Below, piece after piece: positions 33,410 through 47,686 of a stretch of 64,000 nucleotides of DNA; the first letter of the stretch is position 1; the number at the start of each line of letters is the position of its first letter. The stretch is taken from assembly GCA_964270895.1 (NCBI GenBank), contig OZ185441.1. The stretch is one strand, 5' to 3'. This stretch comes from Podarcis filfolensis (Eukaryota). Under the pieces are notes generated by a model. The model ran no database searches. It saw only the letters and a program-made list of their open reading frames with translations, and was not told the origin of the DNA. Both the position numbers and the translations under genes were made by a program.

Positions 33410-36400
33410 GATAGATGTATGTGGATTTTTTTTTATATTATTATTTTGCATATGGGGCCAGCACAGCTACCTTTTCAGAGAGAGACAGAGACAGAGAGGG
33501 GGGGGGGGGGAGAGAGGTGGTTTTTCAGCACATAAGAGATGAAAATGAAAACTTCTTGAGATTCCAAACGACAGGGCAAGGGACACAGAGATATGGAACT
33601 TTTGATGTAGGAAATATATCCTGCCTCTTGCCACCTACTAGCAAGGAGATTGCAAAGTTTCCAAGAAATGAGAGATTTGATAGCTTAGCGTGCTTAAGGC
33701 AAAGCTGCATGGCATGCCAGAGAATTTTAAAGGTAACTTCTAAGGTGAGATGGATGTCTTAGGCTTTGGGGGAATCACTGCCTTGTCTTAGTATTCTAAA
33801 TTGTGCCACCTAGAATGAGTCATAGGATAATTACATAACTAGAGCAGAGAAACCCCTTCTAAGCTGCTAAACCTGGAACTATTTATGTGGCTGGAGGCTT
33901 CATTCCCCTCCTACCACTCCAGGAGGCAGATTTAATGGCTTTGAATTTAATAGGAGTCTGGTAGGTACACAAAATGCATAATAGACTTCTCCAAATACTG
34001 TAATTTTGAGAGTTGCATTTTCCATTGCCAAGAGTCGAGATGTGGGGTCAGAGAACCAGCTGTTAATGGATTTTCTTTTTTAAAAAATTGCACGTTTCCA
34101 GTATTGAATTGAATAGTCTCATGTAAATCAGCACAGTAGGTCACAAAACATATTCCATTTTGTTTCCAATTAAAGCTAAATCCAAGGGTATGTCAGCAAA
34201 TCTGAAGACAGAATTTAATGGAGTAGAGCTTTTAATTTGGGTTGCTTTATTACCCCTGAGAATGGCAAGGAGTCAGCCAGTATACACTTGAGTACTGTGC
34301 AACTGGTGATCTTGAGGACAATCCTCGCCAGGCAGCTATAATTTCTTGTGTTCTTGCTAGCATTTCAGCGACTGAGTGCGTGTGGCCGGTATAGGAAGGC
34401 TGGTGAAGGAAAACTGACAAAATTGGCAAAGGACTGGAATAAGGGGGTTCTGTTTAGTATGTGCAGTTGAGCGTCCCTCCAGATTGGTGTTTTATTCGGC
34501 CATATTCTGCAACATGTCGTTGAACAGTTATAGTGCATTTGTGATGGCTTTCTTTCGCATTATGACTTGTTCTGCAATGCTACCACATTATTGCTGCTTG
34601 GAGAGGATGCAGCACCACTAAAGCAAGACAAAAACAAAAACAAAAACAAACCCAGAACATGAAAGGTCACATGATTTTGTCAGGAAGTTATGGGAGATGG
34701 AGTGATTGGAAAAGATGCAGTATGGCCGCCTCAAAACCTTTGTTTGCACAAATAGCATCACAAGTTGGATCACTTATGACCACCCCAGTACCATCACAAG
34801 CACAAATCATTGCCAATGCTCAAGAAAAGGGACACTGGGAGTTAAACTGTATGATAAAAGCATGAATTAGATGTATTACTCACATGTATTACAGTTTTCT
34901 GCATGCAGGTGTGTGCTCACAGTTTAGGACTCGTGCATTCTGTATCATTCTCCAATTTCATGCGTTTGTGCAACCTCTTCTATACATTTCCAGGTACAAC
35001 AAAAGGCAGGGATTTTTTTCAATATTTGGGGTCAATGTTCTGGACACCCAGCCCAAATATCCTCCCGTCTTTGGAGGGAGACATTATTCCCATTCATGAA
35101 TATGAGAAAGCACAGGAAACAGGGACCCATCTATTCCCCACCTTCTGTTCCTACCATCCTCTGGTAACAAGTGTTGAAACTTTTCTATTCGTATCCATGC
35201 TTAAAAAAACAAAGTTCTACTAGTGAATCTCACCTTGTTCCTTTTCTACTTTTACTACAAACACAGGATGATTTTTCATGTTATATTCAGAGTATACCAT
35301 TAAAATCAATGGATTCCAGTTACTTAAGCCTATTTCTTTCTATGGGTCTACTCTTAGCATGACTATGGGGGATATCCAGTGCTAGTCACTGAATATCAGG
35401 CAAAGTATACTGTTACTTAGTTATTAACTAATATTAAGCGCTGCTCATCACACTGAAAGATCTTGTTAAGCTTCATCATGATATAAATTTTTAATATCTC
35501 AATTATTATTTAAGCAATTCATTGCATTTATATATATATATATATAAAAGTAGTGGCTATGTGTGGTCACAGCAGTTGCCAAGATCATGCATATATTGAT
35601 GGATAAAAATAGTTTTTTTCCCATAAGCCAGGGCTCTTAGGAATACCTATTCAATAAAGCTAGAATTACAGAAACTCCACGATGTCTTAATTTAAGTCAG
35701 CCAGCATTTTAAGTGTACCACAGAACAAAATGATTGTGCAGTTTCTGGTTAATATGCTTTAAGAAATAAAAGCAGCAGCTACACTAAAACATCTCCATAG
35801 GAGCTAATCACTGAATGACTTTGCCCCGCATTTTAAGTTTTCACACTTTGCCAAGACCTGTGTTTAAACAGATTAATCTAACACTCACATACACCCCTGC
35901 AACTCAAGAAAGCACTCAGACCTAAGCCAGACATCTAAGTGTTTTTGTATGCATATCAATAGTGCCATAATTGTCACCAACATCATAGTTTTTAAACCAA
36001 GGCTAGGCCCCCAATTTTTCCTTCCTTCTCACATTGCAACACCACATACATTTAAATGGCCATCCTATCTCCCAGGTGATGATTATGTAGAAGCAATAGA
36101 TAAAGAAGAAAAAAGCTGTTACCACTGGATTGATATCTGTACAGAGCACTTGTTAAGATCTGGTTGTGCAGATCTTTAAGCATATTGCTGCTGAAACTTC
36201 AAGCTCTCTGTGCACACAGGTAGGAGCTTCTTCTGCTTACTGATTTACAATGTGTCAGTTCAGAAGCTGTAGGTAGAACAATTAAAAACAAAACAAAAAA
36301 CCAGCCTTCTAGCTTTTGCCATCCATAAACTATAGGAGGCTGAAGTTGCATGTCTCTGATCTTTTCCTCCACCAGCCACTACCAGCAATGGTGGACCTTG

Positions 36401-38954
36401 GCATATACAATTTCAGTGGGGCTTTGTGCAATGCCAAAATCCACCACTGCCCTCACCTTTTGCTTTCCATTGGACACAGTAGTGGCAGTACCTGCTGTAA
36501 TGCCCCCAAAGCTCCAAACCTGGTGATACTGAGCTGGTCACGTTTCCCTTTACCATCAGTGTTAAGCATCTGACACTGCAATCCTGTCTATGCAGAAGTA
36601 AATCCTATTGAGTTGAGTGTGGCTTACTCCCAAGTAAGTGGGCTTAGGACTGTAGCCTCAATGTGCTATAAGGTATTGTATTAAGCTGCAGACACAAAGC
36701 CAATGAAAAGATGTAAAGTTCCCATTCTTCCCAGTCTTCTGCCTTCGCCAAGCTTCCCCATTGTTGCCACCGCAAACACACACAATATTAGTCTGTTATA
36801 CACTCACTCTGCAGAAGAAGGGGATGCTTAAGGAAACCAAAATGGGTAAGTATCTGTTGAAAGAAAGCTCAGGGGCCATAGCCAGCCAAAATAACACATT
36901 CACAGTACAAAGATTTATTGATTGCTGCCATTCCGTTCCAGTGCCTTCACCATTGTTTCACAAAATTAATTTAAACCGATGGTTAAGTTTCGCTCCAAAC
37001 TATGTCACCTTTTAGCATAAATCTCATCAGTTAGAAATGCCATTATGGCTTACACCTTTCATTTATTGCATAATAAAAAGTACATTAAATATTCATTTTA
37101 GGAAGAATGAACATATTTCCAAATAAAATATTAACTTCCACTAGTCTGAATGTGACAGGGAACCTAGAACATATAGACAAGACACAAAGGGCCCAAGACA
37201 CCAACATTTTGGATCCCGCTATCAAACAAGATCCAAAGAATGCTGAAAATAGCAAGGTTTAAACATAGAATTTCTAATAACTGCATATTTTCCTACAGGT
37301 ATATTATTAACAAGATTTGTAACAGTATTGCAAAAAGCCCGACTCCTTAGCCCTAGTGTGTATGTAAAGCACTCAGGATATTTGAAGGGCTGCCCACTTT
37401 CATGTCATCCTGCTCATCTTGTTGAGAACTGGCAGAGAGGTCCTGGTCCTTTCTTACTGCTAACTCAAGTACAGACAAGTGTGGGCAACAGCATGTCACT
37501 TCCCTTTCAGAATTTAAATACCTCCCCCCCCCCCTCTTTATGCTTATTTTCTAATACTGAGACAAAATTCTTTTGCTCAAGCTTTCCAGGTCAGCTGTAT
37601 TCAAAGTTTCCATCAGCTAGGAAAATGGCTGGCACTCTCTTCTGAAGTAAAATGATAGCCAATGAATTATAGCCTGCATACAATTGAAAAAGGAGCTTGG
37701 GTGTGTTCTACCCAGGGAAATATGCCAGAAAACAGCATAGTTGCAGAGATTTCTTGTTACACTGGGACCCCAGTTTGAAGCAGATTTATCACAATAAGTC
37801 ATCAGTTCCCTAAATATATTGCTGCTATGTAGTCCACCAGGCACTACAAGGCTGCACTATACCCAAGTCATAAGTGACTCAGCTCCATTGAAATCAGTTG
37901 GATTTAAGTTGCAATCCTATACCCCATTGAACACTTTATTTCTGACAAGACAAATGCAGGATTGCAGTGTTCCTTCTCTGCACAATTGCTCTGCGAGCAA
38001 CCTTTTTTTGTCTATATATTATGCAGCATACCTGCTTCATTTTAATGGAGCTGAAACTTATCCAGAAACACAAAACTGTACATATTTAAAATAAGATGAA
38101 CTATAATATATACTAGGATTTGTACTTTATATTAGCCTTTGGACTCCCCCCCCCTTTTAATGGAACGGTTTAGGGTTGTTGTTGGTCGTACTTAAACATA
38201 ACAGTTGCTTCAATCACAATCAATGGGAAAAAGACTGGCAGCGGAGATGAAATAAGCACTGCACATCCTGACAAATCAAAGCAAATGGCTTCTTCATCCA
38301 AATTCCACATTTCTGCAGGCAACAAACCGGGCTAGAAAAGCTACCTCCAAAATCAAATGCCCTTCATCCAAGGAGCTCAGGGCAACACACGTGATCCCTC
38401 CTCTTTATTGTAAGAACCTACAAGGAGCCCCGCCGGATGAGACAAAAAGCCAATCTGTGCAGCATTACGCTCTCACAGGGGCGAACCAGAGAACGCCCAC
38501 AACAGAACACAAGTTCCATAGCACTCTTCCACTAGTGATCTGCAGCAGCTGACATTCAGAGGCATACATCTTCTGACAGTGTGAGTATATCATAGCATAA
38601 AGTGAAGCGGAACCCTAAAGAGACAGAGCTATTGTGTGTTCTGAGTTCTCAAGTCCAGTGGGTAGGAGACAGCCTGTTCTCTACAGGGTTGCACTCCCAT
38701 GGAAGGAACTAGCTTGCGGATGTCCTGGATTCAGTACTGTCACTGAGATGGTCTTAGTGCCTTGAAGAGACTATTTCCAGCTACAGCTGGTTCACCAACA
38801 ACCACTGTACTCTGCACTATGACAACCTCTAGATTGAGCTATTGCAAAGCCCTCTACATGTGGCTTCCCTTGAAGATGATTCAGAAACTTCAACTAGTCC
38901 ACAGAGGCCAAATAAGTGGCTTGGGTTCCTTTTAGAGCGAGTATATAACCCCTG

Positions 38955-39052
38955 TTTTAAAACAGCTGCACTGGTTACCAGTTTGTTTCTGAGCCCAATT
39001 CAAGGTGCTCACATTGGCGTTTTAAAGCATCAAATGATTTAGGCCCCAAGTC
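38955..39052 (+). mobile_element. L2-clade fragment
   Basis: Translates to LKQLHWLPVCF..QFKVL. Confidence 0.6.
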
Positions 39053-39157
39053 CCACCGACCCCCTTGGATGTTAAGATGGGCAGAGGGGGCTCTCTTGGT
39101 AGTTCTTCCACCCTCAAAAGTCCAGGGGGTGGGCAGATTTACATGGCTGTTTATAAT

Positions 39158-39642
39158 TGTGGCGTTTGCCCTCCTAGGTGACATGCTGGGTCATAAGGAA
39201 AGGGTTAAATGAGTGTGAAGTGACTGGCAAATGGGAACCCAAGGGGAGGAGTTAGAATTAGAGTTAGTGTTGTGGAGAAGTCAGTCCAGTGTTAGAGAAG
39301 AGTGAGGAAGGATATGTCTGTGGGTTGGGATAGTTTGATGTGAGAGAGTGAGAGAATCTGTTAGGAGGAGTCACATATACAGCTGGTATAATCAGTAGTA
39401 GGTAATAGGAAGGTATAGGCCGGTAAGAACCTAAGATTAAGAAACTGACAAGAAAAAATATCTGAAAGCATAAACTTGCTAAGGCTTATAAAATAAACTC
39501 TTATTTGGTTTAATGTTAACAACTGTCTGGACTCCGTGTGTACCAGAGAGAAACGGGTTGGTGGCAGCGGGGAAGCAATCACGGTGGTGGCACAGGGATC
39601 AATAGACCGTCAAACGTCCAGGGACCCTGTGTGATCGCCACA
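39158..39642 (+). mobile_element. Solo LTR
   Basis: 7-bp inverted termini tgtggcg..cgccaca; TSD ATAAT at 39153-39157 and 39643-39647; AATAAA at 39492-39497. Confidence 0.85.
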
Positions 39643-41742
39643 ATAATCTCACTGGTTTTATCTGGGGTTTTTTACAACTGTATTTTATATTGATGTACCC
39701 CACCCTGGAACCTCATGGGGAAGGGCTCATAAGAAATTTTGTAAGTAAATGAATCACAGCCTTGGTAACCTTACCCTCCATGGATTTGTCTAATCCCCTT
39801 TCAAAGCAGTCCAAGTGAGTGATGATCTCTACACCTCGTGACAGCAAATTGCATAGTTTACCACAGAAGTTGAACTACGTGAAGAAGTACTTCCTTTTGT
39901 CCATCCCAGTCTCAGCAAATATATATAAAATACATTATCAAAAGACACATTTCCCATAAATACATGTCAAACCCAGACAAATATCTTGTGCCTATCCCCT
40001 CTCCAGCCACATCAATGTGCATATGGCCATCTCTGATGTGCTTCTATTGAAAACAAACTCCCATTCTGGCAACTGCGTGCAATTCACACTCAGTGCCCCT
40101 GGAAAATAAGAGGGTTGTAAAGACTGTAGTCCTATTAGCTATGTTAGCGTGGTTGCAACTGTGAAATGTGTGGCAAGGAACACCTGTTTCCATCTGTTTG
40201 CTAAATACATTGCAGTGTTAAAACTAGAGCTAATTGTTTGGTACAGTCATATAGGTCCAGAGGCTCACAGAAACAACTAATGACACACAATGTTTGCACA
40301 TACATCGCCTGACTATTATTGATGGGGCTACAAACTGCTTGTATGAATATGTGCATCTAAAAGGCAAGTGGGAGGCCTCCACAAGGCTGGCGGCTGACGT
40401 TTCAGTGAGTGTTTGCAACCCGCTCTTCTGAGATGCGGTTCCTATTTTTGTAGAACAGCTTGCTTCACATACAAACATGATCTTCTTTTGCAAAAATAAT
40501 GCTTTCAAGTTTTGATGGACTTGGAATATCTCAAGCAATGCTTAACAAGGCTACATTTCTACAGCAGACCACAGCAGAAATTGTTCTTTGCTATGAAGCC
40601 AGCCAATATAGTATAGACAGGGATAATTGAGCACTGACAGTTACTAAGGCAAATAACAAAAAAGAGCCATTTATAGCTATGCTGTCTACCAATTATGCAA
40701 TAACACATGTCACCGTTCAAAACAAGAAGCTCTTTTCTGTCACCTTTTATTTCCCGTCCTCCCTGACAATTATGTATATTAAGGAGATTGGAAGGCTCAA
40801 CGTTGCTATCAACAACCCAGCATGGATTTAGATCTCTCCTGCAAATGATATCCATTGATTTCTTATGAAACTGTAGCAAGAGTGCTACCAATTTATGGGC
40901 CCAGGATAATCATACTGTCTCAAAAGAGACTTGGGCAATACCCTGCTGCTCCACCTGCAAAAAGGAGAGGCAAAAGCAACGCATCAGCAGATTTCAATAA
41001 AAAGCCGGAGAGACTTCCACAGCAGAAACATCCATCAAACAGTGTTGAATGCTTCACACACACAGTGGGATTTCGAGGCACAGAAAACTGCTCTAGAAAT
41101 ATAAACCTAGCAAATTAAGGAGCTTGATGAGTCTTCTGTGGCCTTTGTCTTGTACTGAGTAGTGCAACAAAATGTTTCAGCATCTCAGAATCCCTGCAAT
41201 CAATCCAAGTGAAAGACATCAGAAAGACGGCATGAATCCTGAATCCTGAATCTGATGCCTGTTCTATACAGTGCAGCAGAAAAAGGACTGGAAGTGAGGC
41301 AACACATTTTTTAATGCTCAATGAAAACAAAAAACCAGCACAGCATGCAAAGTGCAAGGCTTTCTTTCTGATATGCTAGGTTTCTACTTTTGGAGAGTTT
41401 TTCATCACAAAAAGCATTCAAAAGGCGACATCCCTCACCAGTAGTCAAAAGTGATACCTCCTGCTTGCATAAATCCAGCCTAAGAAACACAAGATTTGGC
41501 AGATTGGATCCAAAAAAACCTACATCCCCCAATCTGTTCTGGGGTTTCCCCCAACCCATGAGAGCAAATGAGGAGGGGGGGGGAGCTCTGTTGCACAAGA
41601 AGAAGTGATTGCACATATGAGATGACTTCATTGCATTTAACCCAGGGTTGTCAATTTGGCCTCTGTAACTGAGCAATTCACAACTACTTGATATGGAGAC
41701 ATTAACAGGTGGTGACATTTACATCTATGTAAGTGGTTAAAT

Positions 41743-42100
41743 GTGGACGCGGGTGGCGCTGTGGGTTAAACCACAGAGCCTAAGACTTGCCGATCAGAAA
41801 GTCGGCAGTTCAAATCCCCGCGATGGGGTGAGCTCCCTTTGCTTGGTCCCTGCTCCTGCCAACCTAGCAGTTCGAAAGCACGTCAAAGTGCAAGTAGATA
41901 AATAGGTACCGTTCCGGCAGGAAGGTAAACAGCGCTTCTGTGCACTGCTCTGGTTCGCCAGAAGTGGCTTAGTCATGCTGGCCACATGACCCAGAAGCTG
42001 TACGCTGCCTCCCTCAGCCAATAAAGCGAGATGAGCGCCGCAACCCCAGAGTCGGCCACGACTGGACCTAATGGTCAGGGGTCCCTTTACCTTTACCTAT
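41743..42100 (+). mobile_element. Sauria SINE
   Basis: Same family as the 21197 copy; TSD gtggttaaat at 41733-41742 and 42101-42110. Confidence 0.93.
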
Positions 42101-43091
42101 GTGGTTAAATACTTCACCTGGGCTCCACCAGACAACCTGTTTATTGAACATTCACCCTGATTTGCTTGGACAGTGCTTACGTGGAGGTTAGAGGATATCT
42201 GTTGTTCCTTGAACATACCTCAAATTTGTTTACAGGGAGGGTATACAACAATCAGCATACATTCTGCTTTCTTGTGTTATACGCCTTGCCATTAATCAAT
42301 TGATTACCCCACACTTTTCAATGCATTTTTAGAGTGAATTTGCTGCACCATAGCGATAAAACACTTTAATCCACTTTAATTGTGGAAACCTTGATTTCCA
42401 GTATGTGGTCAGTTCTTTCCTGCAAAATACTGAGAGTCTAGAAGAGATGCTGCTTAGTCGTCAATGCTACTGGAAGGGCAGAACAACAAACAAAGTGTAC
42501 TTCTGAGCTATCATTTTCAGAGCCACATAAAGAGATGGTCCATTGTGTCCCCAAGCAGCAATTTCAGGAAGTTCCTTTAAGCATGACAACCTGCTTTGCC
42601 TCCAATTAACAATATATTTTCAGCCCCGAGCAAGTCTAGAAATAATTCCCAATTCAGTTCTTCCTAAGGTAAGTCAGCACTCAGAGAAGTCCTTAACCTG
42701 GCTATGTTCTGCTAGTCTCAAAAGTAAATTGTAGGAAACAACTTGAAAATGGATCTGAAGAATAATGAAATAGTGAAGATGCTGAAGGATGCACATGGAG
42801 CCTATAGGTTGGCATTGGGGAGCAGGGAATGAATGAAGGATAGTGGGTTTTATAAAGTCCTAGAACAAGAGACACCAAGAACACCACCCTACCTAAAGTC
42901 CTGGACTCTCTCACTTAGAAATTCTAATCCTAAAAGTGCAGCAAATTTGCTCAGCAGGAAGGAAATGCACTCTGCAGATGCTCAGGGACCCTCTTGCTTA
43001 TTATTACTCAATAATTGGAATTAGTTACAAGCTCTGAATTTGAATCTTGAGTCTAAAAAAGAGAGAGAGAAGAATCTATAAGGGTATTATA

Positions 43092-43450
43092 AAAGGTAAA
43101 GGTACCCCTGCCCGTACGGGCCAGTCTTGCCAGACTCTAGGGTTGTGCGCTCATCTCACTCTATAGGCCGGGAGCCAGTGCTGTCCGCAGACACTTCTGG
43201 GTCACGTGGCCAGCATGACAAGCTGCATCTGGCGAGCCAGCACAGCACACGGAACGCCGTTTACCTTCCCGCTGGTAAGCGGTCCCTATTTATCTACTTG
43301 CACCCGGGGGTGCTTTCAAACTGCTAGGTTGGCAGGCGCTGGGACCGAACGACGGGAGTGCACCCCGCCGCAGGGATTCGAACCGCCGACCATGCGATCG
43401 GCAAGTCCTAGGCGCTGAGGTTTTACCCACAGTGCCACCCGCGTCCCTTC
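43092..43450 (-). mobile_element. Sauria SINE (different subfamily)
   Basis: 14-bp TSD ataagggtattata at 43078-43091 and 43451-43464; body carries diagnostic differences from the other copies. Confidence 0.92.
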
Positions 43451-44691
43451 ATAAGGGTATTATAGCCCTACCCTAACCTACAATTATCTTGAAATGCCTC
43501 TTGAAAAAGTTTAAAGATTCCCAACTACCCACCCTAAAGGAAAATCATTTTGTTTACTAACAACAGAATTCCATAATTCAATCTTGCCAGTGGTTAATCA
43601 GGATAGGACCAACTTGAGTTCAATGGTTTCTCCACCCCCACCTATATTTACAAGTATGTCTGATGGAGGTCTGCATTTCTGTGCACAATAGATGCTTCTT
43701 TACAGACTCCTTAAAAACAAGTATATATTCAAGTAGGTTAAACGTTCTCTTAATTACCCACCTGATGATAGCAGTGCTAGGATTCCACAGTTGAAAATTG
43801 TAACAATGACATTACCCATGTGGGTCAGATTCCCTAGACAGACATCTTAGAGATACAGTGGATAATTAAACTTTATTAGCCTAAGATTATGCTTTAGAAT
43901 GAAGTTTTTAATATCCAAGCCACACTCCACACCAACTAAAGAGTTCCATTTCAAAAGGGGAGAGTGAATTCATCAATCAACTAATGGAAAGCAGTGAGTG
44001 GGAGTGTAACAGCAGCACTCTCACCCATAGCTGGTTGCAAGTTTTCCCTAAAAGGACAAAAAGAAAATGGGTGATGGGGGGGGTCATTAGGATAATAGTG
44101 CAAGGGGACAGGCTTGATCTTTTCCTTCTCTCATCCTTGTAAGCTTGCCACATGTCCCTGAGATCTGCTCCATGACTTCCCAGCTCAACTTTTTTTGGAA
44201 CCGCTGCCCCTATTTTGTGGAATTCCCACTCACTGAACATCTGACAAGTACCTATGATGCTGTGTTTCAACATCCTATTCACTCAGGGTTTCGCTGTGGA
44301 GTGTATTCCTACATTTTTCTGCATTTTATTTTGTACTTCAAATCTTGAAATGCACGTCGCTCTGGTATTTTATGTGTTGAAATCATTTTTAAACAAATTT
44401 ATCTCAGGGAGGAGAACAATAGAATGGCATTTAAAAATGCTATAGTTCGATAACAATAATCAAGAGGGCAGTTAACCCACAATGTCAAATGTAATCAAAT
44501 ATTGATTACATGTATTGAGTCAGCTATTAAAATGCATATTCTGCCCTTTATCGTAAAATGATCTCAGGGCAGGTCATTACATATAAAATTAAAACAAACC
44601 AATAAAATATACACAGTTTTAAAAATACACAGTTTTAATATATTATCCTCCATCCATGCCACCATTTTTGCCAGGACTGTTTGTTTACTAT

Positions 44692-44826
44692 GGGGTAGCC
44701 AATGTGGTGCCATCTGAATGCTGCTGGACTCCAGCTCCCATAATCCTTGACAAGTGACCAGGTTGGCTGAGGCTGATGGGAGCAGTAGTCCAACAACTTC
44801 TGGAAGGCATCATGTTGGCTTCCCCT
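44692..44826. mobile_element. Old palindromic MITE; related copies near 12835, 13345, 47100, 48055, 61910
   Basis: Imperfect palindrome ggggtagccaatgtggtgcc..ggcatcatgttggcttccc with a gatgggag..gtccaacaac core recurring in the window. Confidence 0.6.
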
Positions 44827-45282
44827 GACATGAGCCTTACAACACCGTTACAGCTGGGCTTGGGTTGTCAGGCTCTTACACAGGAGGAAGACATGGCAGG
44901 GCTGAATAGTAGGAAACTGAATTGGAGAAGCAAAGCTCTCCATCCTGACTTCCATCTCTTCCTGGATTAGATGGTCCATTGCACTGATCCAGCAGGCTCT
45001 TCTTACATTCTTATGTCCCCCCCCAGACGCCGACTTTCCTACAGAATGGAGAGCCTCTGGAAAAGCTTGGGAGGATTTGGAGCAGCCAAGGTTAGGCAGG
45101 CAGAACCAGAGGCAGCAATGACAGAACAGGAGTCTGAACAGGACGGTGCAGTTTTGTCATCTTGAACCAGGTGCCACTTACACAGATGGGAGCAAGCCTG
45201 CCCACCCCATAAGAGCACACATTTGAAAAATGACATTTCTATAAGGTGAGCAAGTCTCACAAGTGAGTGTATCGTGCCTCAT

Positions 45283-45646
45283 TGTGCTGGTCCTGCGGGT
45301 TACCCGAGAGGCAAGGTCCAAGTCCGGTCCATGGTCAAAGGTGCAACATGGAGGCAGTCCGTAGTAGCTGAAGCTGGGTGCAGGGCAGGGAGTCGGGTGA
45401 AGTCAGGAACAGGCTTGCAAGCAGGGAGCCAGGGTGGGTCAGGAGCTCAGGCAGGAAAGCAGGACAAGGTTCAGGCAGGAACTAGCCACCAACAATGTTG
45501 CTCCCTCAACTTGGGACTGGGGCTGGCTGGCTTTATCTGCCCCGAGGCATAGGGTGTCCCTGATCCTCTGGTGACTCGCCTCTCCTGGCCTGGAGGCGAG
45601 CACTCCTTCTGCAGGAACTTAGGAGTCCGAATCCCAGGCCATCACA
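45283..45646 (-). mobile_element. Solo LTR
   Basis: tgtg..caca termini; TSD CTCAT at 45278-45282 and 45647-45651; GC-rich. Confidence 0.8.
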
Positions 45647-47686
45647 CTCATCTTTAAAAGCTTGGTGGGCAGGGCATGGAAACTTGTTGGGAGACCTTTG
45701 TTCCTTCCATCCGTTATTGTCCTGCTCTTGAACTCCTGAAGCATGTGTTTGCTGCTTAAGCTATGCTGTTCTCTTTTTCAGGAACTTGAGAACCACAGAA
45801 AGAACAACTGCAAAGTTATTCAGCCCCCTACCTATCCTGCCCCGCCATCCCCACCCAGCAACAGCAATGGGCAAACCAGAAAACCTCTTGCTTTAATCAG
45901 ACAAGCAAGGATCTCTGCTTTCATGTTTTTTTGTTTTTTGGAGATGCAGCACAGTCTCTGACTTAGCCAGAGGCCCAATAGAAAAGAGTTACTTTCACCT
46001 GATACCTGAAAATAATGAATATCGGTACCAGTCTAACTTTATATCCCAACCTTCCTCCAAAGTGCTAAAGACATGGTTCTGCAGCCCTCATTTTGTCTTC
46101 ACAACAACCCTGTGAAGTTGGCTAGACTGAATGATAGTGACTAGTCTAAGATCAGCCGGTAAACTTAATATCTGAGTGAGGATTGGATGGAACCTGAGTC
46201 TCCCTAGTATTGATCCAATTTTTCACCACTAAACCACACCCGCTCTCTCGATTTTAGCTACAAATCAGTATTGAGTACTTATAACAGGAGCCCTACTGGT
46301 TAATCCATTTTACTGCTGGGGTGGGTGGGGTGGAGAGCTGGAGAGCTTTGCAGTTGTTATTTCTGTGGCTCTCAAGTTCTTCGAAAATCATTTGTCTGCT
46401 TGTGAGCAAGTCAAATTCATGAGATTCCACAGCTGCAGAGGCCCATTGAAGTTTCAGTGGTGAGGAAATCACTACATTATTCCAAAACTCAGCTGTTTGA
46501 AACATACTGAATGCGAATCCATTGGTAAGTTACAATGTGTTAAATTACCCTAATTAAACGCTTATGTAGCATGACAGAGTTCATGATATTTCATTGCAAA
46601 TTATAGATCAGGCACCTACTCTCGTAAGCAAGTGTTGCGTACTTTATCTTCATTTTCTCTTTTCCTTTTATTTCTCATCTCTGTACAGGAATGAAAAAGA
46701 ATAAAAACTTTTCAAGTTAATTGCCTTCTAGACAATTGTTTTGGAGCTGTAGTCTTTTCAAATATCTTTAGGCACCTCTGAAAATCAGATGTGAAAAGTG
46801 GTGGTATTTTATTTATTTTTTGGGACATTGCTATGCACCTAAACCAATCTATGACGGAGTAGGCTGGCCTTAACACCAAATGCACCGGTTGCTATGGTTT
46901 GATCATATACTTCAATCATAGAGAAAGATCATTTAAATTGGGCTGAAGGAATGAAGTGCTTGGAGTACTTTGAATTCCAGTACAAAACCAACAGTGCAAT
47001 ATGGAGTCCGCCTATAGGAGAGAGGCTGCAGGAAGGCATGCAAATAGCTCCAGTTCAATGGTGAGAAACATTGGGCTTTCCAGATGTTGCTGGCATGCTG
47101 CTCCCTGCTAAAATAGTCAGTGATCAGGGATAATGGGGGATGTAGTCTAGCAATACCTGGAGGGCCACACATCCCCCACCCCTGCAGTACAACAAACAAG
47201 TGACAACATATGCATTTGTTTAAGTATCAGATTGGAAAAGTTAATAGGATGTTGCCATGCAGCCCAACACAATATTCCTTTGGGGAGGGAAGCCAGAAGT
47301 GTTTCTATGTACCATGGCCTCTTAATATTTAATGAACTAAATTGTTAAACACCAAACTGATAGTTTGACATTAGCCCTATTCCTGCATGTAGGACAATGG
47401 TGTGTTTACTTGGGATCACCACCCTCAACCTCACGTCTGCTTCCTTGAACAACTGAGTATTGCACAGAGTAATCTGTAAGGAAAACTCAATATGCAAGCT
47501 GCTGCTCATGTGTCAGGGCTCTGTGCAAAGCAGGAGACTTGCGCTACTAGGTGACTCAATTGTGCAGAGTCCCTATACATGCGCTCACACACTGAGAATA
47601 CTTTACAGACAGAAATAAAACCAATGTTAAGTCAGGCTGAAAGTGTAGTCCTACTCCAGAGTCCACACACCACTGCACTACACATG

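Noticed and set aside
41415-41480. Small candidate exon AGFMQAGGITFDYW / LDLCKQE
   Set aside because: It has two alternative donors and frames and is too short to support a call.
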